A stretch of 64,000 nucleotides of DNA from Antedon mediterranea (lineage: Eukaryota > Animalia > Echinodermata): contig NC_092674.1 of the NCBI RefSeq assembly GCF_964355755.1, positions 9,176,001 through 9,240,000 on the forward strand, given 5' to 3'. The notes below the pieces were generated by a model. It ran no database searches, was not told where the DNA came from, and was given only the letters and a program-made list of their open reading frames with translations. The position numbers and the translations under genes were made by a program. Every line of letters starts with the position of its first letter. The first letter of the stretch is position 1. Below, one piece after another: positions 52,245 to 64,000 of this stretch.

Positions 52245-53905
52245 TATCACTGTGCTCAAGTATATGAAAATGACTATAGTTCAGAACAGTGTTAAACAGA
52301 ATCGTGTACATGAATGTTATTTGTTGTATATTGTGCTCAAGTATACCAAAATGACTATAGTTGAGAACTGGATCGTACATTAATGTTATTTGTTGTATAT
52401 TATTAAGTTTATCCTATTCTTTATCACTGTGCTCAAGTATACCAAAATGACTATAGTTGAGAACAGTGTTAAACGGGATCGTACATTAATGCTATTTGTT
52501 GTATATTCTTAAGTTTATCCTATTCTTTATCACTGTGCTCAAATATACCAAAATGACTATAGTTTAGAACAGGGTTAAACGGGATCGTACATTAATGTTT
52601 TTTGTTGTATATTGTTAAGTTTATCCTATTCTTTATAACTGTTCTCAAGTATACCAAAATGACTATAGTTGAGAACAGTGTTAAACTGGATCGTACATTA
52701 ATGTTATTTGTTGTATATTGTTAAGTTTATCCTATTCTTTATCACTGTGCTCAAGTATACCAAAAAGACTATAGTTGAGAACAGGATTAAACGGGATCGT
52801 ACATTAATGTTATTTGTTGTATATTGTTAAGTTTATCCTATTCTTTATAACTGTTCTCAAGTATACCAAAATGACTATAGTTGAGAACAGTGTAAAACTG
52901 GATCGTACATTAATGTTATTTGTTGTATATTGTTAAGTTTATCCTATTCTTTATCACTGTGCTCATAAGTATACCAAAATGACTATAGTTTAGAACAGGG
53001 TTAAAGGGGATCGTACATTAATGTTATTTGTTGTATATTGTTAAGTTTATCCTATTCTTTATAACTGTTCTCAAGTATACCAAAATGACTATAGTTGAGA
53101 ACAGGGTTAAACGGGATCATACATTAATGTTATTTGTTGTATATTATTAAGTTGATCTTATTCTTTATCTGTGATTAATTATACTCAAATGACTATAGTT
53201 TAAAACAGTATTAAACGGCATCGTACATTAATGTTATTTGCTGTTTATTCGAAGTTTATCCTATTCTTTATCACTGTGCTCAAAATATACCAAAATGACT
53301 ATAGTTGAGAACAGTGTTAAACTACATCGTACATTAATGTTATTTGTTGTATATTGTTAAGTTTATCCTATTCTTTATCACTGTGCTCAAGTATACCAAA
53401 ATGACTATAGTTGAGAACAGTGTTAAACGGGATCATACATTAATGTTATTTGTTGTATATTATTAAGTTTATCCTATTCTTTATCACTGTGCTCAAGTAT
53501 ACCAAAATGACTATAGTTGAGAACAGTGTTAAACGGGATCGTACATTAATGTTATTTGTTGTATATTGTTAAGTTTATCCTATTCTTTATCACTGTGCTC
53601 AAGTATACCAAAATGACTATAGTTGAGAACAGTGTTAAACAGGATCGTACATTAATGTTATTTGTTGTATATTGTTAAGTTTATCCTATTCTTTATCAAT
53701 GTGCTCAAGTATACCAAAATGACTATAGTTGAGAACAGTGTTAAACTACATCGTACATTAATGTTATTTGTTGTATAATTGTTAAGTTTATCCTATTCTT
53801 TATCAATGTGCTCAAGTATACCAAAATGACTATAGTTGAGAACAGTGTTAAACTACATCGTACATTAATGTTATTTGTTGTATATTGTTAAGTGTATTCT
53901 TTATT
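52245..53905 (-). repeat. 106-bp satellite array, right arm, inverted (~15-16 monomers)
   Basis: Reverse complement of the left-arm monomer (TTATCACTGTGCTCAAGTATACCAAAATGACTATAGTTGAGAACAGTGTTAAAC...). Confidence 0.97.
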
Positions 53906-54435
53906 CTTATTAATTGTACTAAATTATTAAAAGAAACAGTAGTAAGCATAACATTTCCCCACTCCTACATTAGCATGGTAGGACATTGTAATGGTCGCAG
54001 GTGGCTCAACTTTATTACTGCAATGGGATGGACATGGTCCTACTACCACCTTACCATCCAATAGGATTCCAGTAAATTTCCTTTACTACCAATCATAATT
54101 CAGTAATTAAATGACCCCTTAAGTTAACAAGGAAATCAGCCTATCCCATTATACCGGTAGGCTTCGTCGTACAGACGTACTGCGGTAATAGTTGAGAATT
54201 CTCAACTAGCCAATTTGGTATATTTTATATACCTGGATAATTTGTGTACTAGATTTTTTTTCATCCGCGAGACGTTTTTTTTTCGTACACAAAAATGTTT
54301 CAAAAAGTACTATTTAACGATCGTTGAATAGTGCGTACTATTGCACGCCATGTGACCCACATTCGTCCAATCAAATGACAGGAATTTATATAGGTGTTAT
54401 ATCAAATACGATATTGATGTGTATATAATATGTAT

Positions 54436-55082
54436 TGTAATATAATGATATACTTTTATAATTAAGAAATCAACCTTTGTATTAGAATTCAAATAAGTTC
54501 ACGAACTTGGCCCAGAAAGTCCAGAGGAGAGTTTGTCCAGATATTTTAATGTCCATTTAGTTTATAATAGAATCCCTAAAGAAAACACTTAATTTTGTGA
54601 CCTTTCCCATCGTTAAACCAGGAGAGATTGACACTATTTAAGTACAGATTTGACAGTGTCATCCATCATAGAAATACCTTATTATACCGTTAATCACTTC
54701 TACTCAAACACCCCTGGATCAACTTAGGACCAATCGTTACCCTCACAGATGACGTAGTGCATATGCAAATGAACTGAGCCAATATACCCCCAAGTTTCAG
54801 AAGAGCCCAGACACACCTTACAGCCACTTCACGGAGCACACACCTCACAGCCACTTCTTCAGAAGAACATCTACACCTCACAGCCACTTCTTCAGAAGCA
54901 GACCTACACACTTCACATCTCACCGACAGCATCACTGATCCTCTGTTCCTTATCTTTATCCTTAGTTATAGTTGTATATTGTACTGAAGTATTATACTGA
55001 ATAAACAATATATGTGTTACGACAGTTAAGCGAGTAAGAGTCTTCATTACAAGTCAGTACCTCAACATAACACTATATTACA
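54436..55082 (+). mobile_element. Solo LTR (Gypsy-like), 647 bp
   Basis: TGTAATATA...TATATTACA termini, 4-bp TSD GTAT, internal AATAAA near 55000. The paralogous site at ~63072 has a single GTAT and no insert. Confidence 0.85.
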
Positions 55083-55861
55083 GTATGTGGCAGGCCGTTT
55101 ATCGAGGAAATAAATAAACGCGTTTATTCGAGGGAGGCATTCAAAGAAGGATGTTTATTCGAATAAATACGATGACTGTTACGATTTTGAATACTAGTAG
55201 CCATCAAAAACCGTATAGTAAAAGTAGAAAAGAGAATGCTGACTTTAATTAATTTAATTTTTGTGCTTTTTATATTTTCTGTTGATTGTTCAGCGTTTAG
55301 ACTTGGAGGCGCCCTACATCTTGCATCATCGTCATCATTATTATTAAGCGTACTAATATTATTAAGCGTACTATTATTATTAAGCGTATTAATATTATTA
55401 ATATTAAGCGTGTTATTGTTCTTTCATTATAAAAAGTATTTAGTGAATATATTCATAAATAGTTATTTAAATTCCGCTTCACATCTTAATATTGGTATGC
55501 GAGATGTAGACATAGAGTATCTATGAGTTCGGCTTAGAATTAATAAATCTACTATTTCATGATAAACCTACTTTCTTTACCTTATTGGTCACTTACAGCA
55601 GGAATATAAGGGCATACTACTCTACTGTATATTCTAACAATAACAATAACAATTAAAACCCAAGGTTGAGAGTTAGTTTAGTGATTTAATGCATGATATT
55701 TGTGATTATGATTATAATAATATATAATAAATCTTTATTTTAAAACAGAGGCTCGTTTACAACAAAATGTTCTTCCACGAGGCCGTATAAAAGAAATAAA
55801 ACTGATGAACAAACAAGAAAATTATACATTGAAAAAGAAAAAAGTATATACATATATACAA

Positions 55862-56732
55862 ATGCAGTTTCTTGTAAAGCATCCTCAATAATTGGTGCCA
55901 TGTGTCATATAAAAAATTTAGTATCTACTGAAGTGTTACTTATCATATACAAGACACTTATATTACCAGTGTTGACATATGGTATTATTGTATGGGGTAC
56001 GGGAAACAAAGAAAATTTGGATCGCCTTCTATTGCTTCGGAAAAAAGCTCTTAGGATCATTTGTAAGGTAGACTTTCATCATCCCTCTTCTCAGCTCTTT
56101 GTGAAAACGGGCACATTTAATATATTTGATTTGTATAAAAACAGTGTTTTAAATTTTATGTTTAAATACCAAAAAGGACAACTTCCAAAATGTTTTAATT
56201 CTTTATTCAGTTTATTTGATAATTATCATACATATAACACTTGAAATAAAGACAATTATTGTATAAAATTAAAATCAACTAATATGGGTCAGCAAAGTAT
56301 AGCATATAGAGGACCTAAGCTATGGAATCAACTTATAAGAAATATAAGAGATAGTGAAAATATATCAATATTTAAAAAACTATTAGTAAATAAATGCATT
56401 AATAGTTATAAAGAAACAATATATCTTTGCGAAAACAACATTTGTAAAATATGTCTAACTTTAACTTAATTAATTACATTTTCGTATATATTCTGAGACT
56501 GTGATGTATATATATATTATATTATAGTACGTTGTATTTTCCTTCATTTATTTACTACATGAAAACATTTTTGTAATATATTTGTAAATTTATATTTTAT
56601 GTTAGGGTGCCACAGATTAAAAGCTTCGCTTGCTTGTGGTTATCCTGTTTTTCACACTTTATTGTACTTAATTTTCTATTTATATTTTTATGAATGTTGT
56701 GTGAAAAATAAAAGAATCGATCAACCAATCAA
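55862..56732 (+). mobile_element. 3' fragment of an L2/Crack/Daphne-like LINE
   Basis: ORFs IYKTLILPVLTYGIIVWG..KKALRII..HTYNT* and YRGPKLWN in one frame with a stop, then AATAAA and an (AATC)-like tail. Confidence 0.8.
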
Positions 56733-57079
56733 TTAATATAAAATGTAAATTAATAGATTAATAGATTTAAAGTTAGTAGGAATTAAAACAGAAAAGCTAA
56801 ATAATCATACAACTCACTACAACAAAACAGGCTTAAATTAAGAAATTAATCTTTTGAAATTGTTTAGGGAAAGAGTATTTTGTGTTTTAATATCAATTTC
56901 GTTCCAAATTTTGGAAGAAAAACACATTATGTGTATGATTGTCAATGAACTTTAAACCCCTAATTATTTGACAAATATGTGAAATTGACAGGAATGTCTA
57001 AAAATCTATATTTTATTGTAGTTACTAGCAATTTATTAGAAAAGAAGTCTTCTTATTAGTTTGCAAAGTATATAAAAAT

Positions 57080-59979
<2,900 letters not shown>

Positions 59980-59982
<3 letters not shown>

Positions 59983-61020
59983 TATGGTTAAATTTCTTTC
60001 CACAATATTCACATTCATATATGGTGCCCCTCCTGTGTGTATTCTCAAATGCGATTTCAAATTCCCATTTGTTTTACATTTCTTCCCACAATGTTCACAT
60101 TCATATGGTGCCTCTCCTGTGTGTATTCTCAAATGCGTTTTAAAATGCCCACTTGTTTTAAATTTCTTGCCACAATGTTCACATTCATAAGGTCTCTCTC
60201 CTGTGTGTACTTTCAAGTGCTTTTTCAAACTCCCACTTTCTTTAAATTTCTTGCCACAATGTTCACATTCATATGGTGTCTCTCCTGTGTGTATTCTCAA
60301 ATGTATGATCAAATTCCCACTTCGGTTAAATTTCTTTCCACAATGTTCACATTCATATGGTGTTTCTCCTGTGTGTACTCTCAAATGCATTTTTAAACTC
60401 CCACTTCGGTTAAATTTCTTTCCACAATGTTCACATTCATAAGGTGTCTCTCCTGTGTGTACTCTCAAATGCATTTTTAAACTCCCACTTCGGTTAAATT
60501 TCTTTCCACAATGTTCACATTCATATGGTGTCTCTCCTGTGTGTATTCTCAAATGCGTTTTCAAATTCCCACTGTGGTTAAATTTCTTTCCACAATGTTC
60601 ACATTCATATGGTGCCTCTCCTGTGTGTATACGCAAGTGTAGTTTCAAACCTCCACGTTCTCTGAATTTCTTTCCACAATGTTCACATTCATATGGTGTC
60701 TCTCCTGTGTGTATTCTCAAATGCGTTTTCAAATTCCACTTTGTTTTAAATTTCTTGCCACAATGTTCACATTCACATGGTGCCTCTTCTGTGTTTCTCA
60801 CATTCTTCCCACAATGTTTAGTTTCGTCTTTGTCTATATCTGCATCACTCAGTTGTGTTTTAAAATCATCTTCATATAATGGTGTCTCCTGGTAGTGTTC
60901 ACATTTTAACTTGTCTGTCCCTGTATGTATTCCTAAATGTACCTTCAAATCACTGAACTCAAATTCATCTCCACAATGTTCACATTTATATTTCATGATG
61001 TTGGTTGTTTGTTTAATCAT
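59980..61020 (-). CDS. Tandem C2H2 zinc-finger protein (1 N-terminal + 9 contiguous fingers), 346 aa
   Basis: Repeated [10 protein letters not shown].....L..HLRIHTGE. Single coding exon, with an in-frame stop upstream and a likely splice acceptor at ~61087. Confidence 0.85.
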
Positions 61021-61043
61021 GGAGTAAAATTCTTTACTCCATG
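61018..61043. mobile_element. 26-bp P-element-type footprint
   Basis: CATGGAGTAAA-ATTC-TTTACTCCATG flanked by the 7-bp direct repeat GTTTAAT. Confidence 0.7.
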
Positions 61044-61272
61044 GTTTAATCAGGGAGTTCCTATTTTACAACTCACTAGTTTAATCCTACAAATTGTGAC
61101 AATGTAATAACTATATAATAACGTATTTACAGATTTTCATATTACACTATTATTATTTTGCATAACAAGCACACAGTGTGAACAGTTTGGCAATAAAAAT
61201 AACAAATCAACCAACAAAACAATGAGATACTGTATAACCTGTGGCTGGTAGATCCTGTCGGGTCCGCTTGAC

Positions 61273-61288
61273 CATGGAGGTATCCATG
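61273..61288. mobile_element. 16-bp P-element-type footprint
   Basis: CATGGA-GGTA-TCCATG flanked by the 7-bp direct repeat GCTTGAC. Confidence 0.7.
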
Positions 61289-62981
61289 GCTTGACGCGTT
61301 CCGACGTGACTTCAATTGCAACGTGAAGAATAAGTAGGCCTACCGTACACAACACCATACACGGTTCGCCTGTTACTTCGCTGGCGAGATGTTTTTGATC
61401 TTGTGGCCCCCTCCTTCCCCTTTTCGCACCTTTCTTGTATTAATTAACTTTATCCTAAATAACACGTTCTACAGCCGTTCATTACACACAACTTACTTCT
61501 ATTCTAGGCCTTTTCGCGAATTTCGCATATAATACTGCCTGTACTCCATATACCAAAGATACTATAGCGCCACAAATAGCGCCACCAAATTATTCTCCAA
61601 AATGTTCAGATTTCTTTCATGTTGGGTTTTTTTACAGATTGTGAAAACGTAGGCCTAATCATTTATTCTACTGTATTTACAGATTTTCATTAATATTATA
61701 TTGCACACACGATGTGACACAGTTAATACTAAACTAGATATGCAATGATTTAAATAAAAATAATTGATTTTTAAAAGATATATTGATTGATTGATTTTGT
61801 AAGAATCATAATAATTATTTATAATAATATATGAAAGACAGGATCTTGGTAATAATGCAAATACAATAGCCGGTATCACTGCACATCGAGCCATATACCT
61901 GTACACTTAAATAACAATCTGATCAAAGATCCACGCGTGTGTTACATAATAATAAAGACAAAAGCGTTACCTTTTCTCTAGATAAATCGAGCGTATAATG
62001 TATACACTAAGAAAAAATAATAATAATAATAAAGAATGAACTTTATATCACAATTCAATTGAACGTCCAGTAAGAAATTGACCAGTTGTTTTTTATGACC
62101 ATTATTAGGACCAATTAGTTTCCAAAAGAAAAACAGTTCATCTGACCTTATGAACTTTCCCATCGTAAAACCATTAAAAATTGACACATATAATTGACTG
62201 ACCAATCCATCATGTATTAACTTGAGATACCATTACCCTCTATCCCGCCTTTAGTGGGAGATAGAGTGAGAATAGTTTAATTCTAATAATTAAAAACTCA
62301 CTAAAAATACATTACCATAGTATCATGGTACAACCCACCATTAAAAAAAATCTTAGTTTCATAGATCTAGAAAACTCATTTCGGCCGCCTGGGAACGACC
62401 AACATGAAACGCCAAAAAGGACAAATTATGGCCCAGTCTATAGAACGCCACAGAGAGAATTATGTTCATTTAAATCAGAGGTATCAGTCGCACAATGGGC
62501 AAAATATACTTTTTTTGCCATTTGTATAGATTTAAAGTTATACTGTAGGCCTATTATATCCTTTTATTTTCACCGTCTAAATATGTTGGTCATAATGAAT
62601 ATTTATTTAAATGTTTTTTCACATATCCCGAAAAAAGATGCGTGTGCTTTAATGTAAACATCTGTGTTGTTTTTTATGAATATGTAAAACATAAGAATAA
62701 AAATGTTTTTGGCTGCATACTTGTCTAAGTAGACAAAAGTATTTCATTTATACATAAATGTATAAAGTCTAAAATAATGAAAAGAAATGTACTATACTCA
62801 CCTGTGAAATAATACACACAACTTATCTGACTATTTAATGATGATAAGTCAAATTTCAGAGACCCAACCTTAGCTGCAGAGGAGGTCATGTGATACTCCT
62901 TGAACTTTATAGGGGTTTAATTTCTGTGCTGCTTACAATAAAATCCAGCAACAATTGTATCAAAATGCTTGGTAGGCCTAA

Positions 62982-63610
62982 ATTGTAGAATGTAGATCAT
63001 GTCATTCAAAGAATTCTACTACTGTACAAATAGAAATGTGTATAATACAATAGTGATGTGTATACTGTATATGTATGTGGCGGGCCGTTTATCGAGGAAA
63101 TAAATAAACGCACCCGGAGCGTTTATTCGAGGGAGGCATTCAAAGCAGGGCGTTTATTCGAATAATAAATACGGTGACTGTTACGATGTTGAATACTAGT
63201 AGCCATCAAACACAGTGTAGTAAAAGTAGAAAAGAGAATGCTGAATTTAATTAATTAAATTTTGTACTTTTTACATTTTCTGTTGATTGTTCAGCATTTA
63301 GACATGGAGACGCCCTGCATCTTGCATCATCGTCATCATCATTATTATTAAGCGTACTAAATATTATTAAGCGTATTATTGTTATTATTATTATTATTAA
63401 GCGTAGGCCCTATTGTAGTATAATTGAATTTCAGATAGATTGACAATATTATTGGAACATAAATACAAGATTTGGTGAATATATTCATAAATAGTTATTT
63501 AAATTCCCTTGTCATCTTAATATTGGTATGCGAGATGTAGACATACAGTATTTCTTTTCTGTGAGTTCGATTGAGAATTAATAAATCTACTATTACATGA
63601 TAAACCTACT
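62982..63610 (+). repeat. Local segmental duplicate of 45978-46035 + 54401-54435 + 55083-55572 (insertion-free copy)
   Basis: Shared ATTGTAGAATGTAGATCATGTCATTCAAAGAATTCTACTAC, GGCCGTTTATCGAGGAAATAAATAAACGC, CATCTTGCATCATCGTCATCA and TGATAAACCTACT in colinear order. Confidence 0.9.
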
Positions 63611-63878
63611 GTTCAGGACTGTATATAGCCTTTTATTTTATACCTCACTCCCGACCTCACTTTAAGTAAGACAGGGATGAGTCATGACAAGCCAACATTC
63701 CTAAGAACACAAAGATATGACCTTATAGATTATTATCATGGAAACCTCTCCCCTCTCTCTTAGAAGATAATGATAATTAGCTAAAGAAACCACACTTCAC
63801 CTTACTGTGATAAAGGAAGAACACCTATTTTTTATTATACGGAATTCATGACTGAAACAATGTTTAAAGGTTTTAAAA

Positions 63879-63968
63879 GGGGTGTCTCGAAAACAGAGAC
63901 CTCGAAAACAGAGACCAGACCCACTAAGGGTCTCTGTTTTCGAGTTTTTCTAGAAAACAGAGACCCCC
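63879..63968. repeat. TE-end-like direct/inverted repeat (CTCGAAAACAGAGAC), probably continuing beyond the window
   Basis: GAAAACAGAGAC occurs three times direct and once inverted after GGGGTGTC. Confidence 0.55.
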
Positions 63969-64000
63969 TATATAATGTAATATTGAGACGCTTTAGTGGG

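Larger units (their letters stand above)
46807..54218. mobile_element. Unclassified foldback-like TIR element with inverted satellite arms
   Basis: 32-bp TIRs CCATCCTGGCTAGTTGAGAATTCTCAACTATT / AATAGTTGAGAATTCTCAACTAGCCAATTTGG, with TATA on both flanks. Confidence 0.75.
46036..54400. mobile_element. Crypton-like non-autonomous element (~950 bp of own sequence) carrying nested insertions
   Basis: Long hairpin at the left end with a GAGGCAAAGCCGA loop. 46204-46234 is an imperfect inverted repeat of 54371-54402. Direct repeat GTGTTAT at both junctions. Absent from the paralogous site at ~63040. The superfamily call is inference. Confidence 0.6.

Noticed and set aside
47168-53905. CRISPR-like array
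   Set aside because: Monomers are contiguous and near-identical with no unique spacers, there are no cas genes, and the context is eukaryotic. It is a satellite.

Overview
AT-rich, intron-rich metazoan genomic DNA, probably a marine invertebrate (inference). The left half has five spliced genes that I rebuilt exon by exon from GT-AG boundaries and continuous frames. NDUFA1 (-) sits head-to-head with a DCN1-like gene (DCUN1D1/2, +). A divergent pair of paralogous DFR/GRE2-like extended SDR reductases follows, then an Aa_trans-family amino-acid transporter (-). The right half is transposon-dominated. It holds a young 5'-truncated Tx1/L1-like LINE, a decayed and an open C2H2 zinc-finger gene in a local duplication, an Academ-like element splitting the zinc-finger array, and a solo LTR. 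The most unusual structure is an ~8.4 kb nested insertion (46036-54400). A Crypton-like hairpin element contains a 7.4 kb foldback-like element whose two arms are oppositely oriented arrays of a 106-bp satellite, and each monomer carries the element's own TIR motif. The paralogous segment at ~63.0 kb preserves the empty site. Smaller signals include three 16-32 bp P-element-type footprints with 7-bp TSDs, TA-GGCC-TA and TA-CTG-TA footprints shown by internal comparisons, and a near-minimal hammerhead ribozyme. No prokaryotic-type system such as CRISPR is present. All TE superfamily calls rest on termini and TSDs, not database searches.
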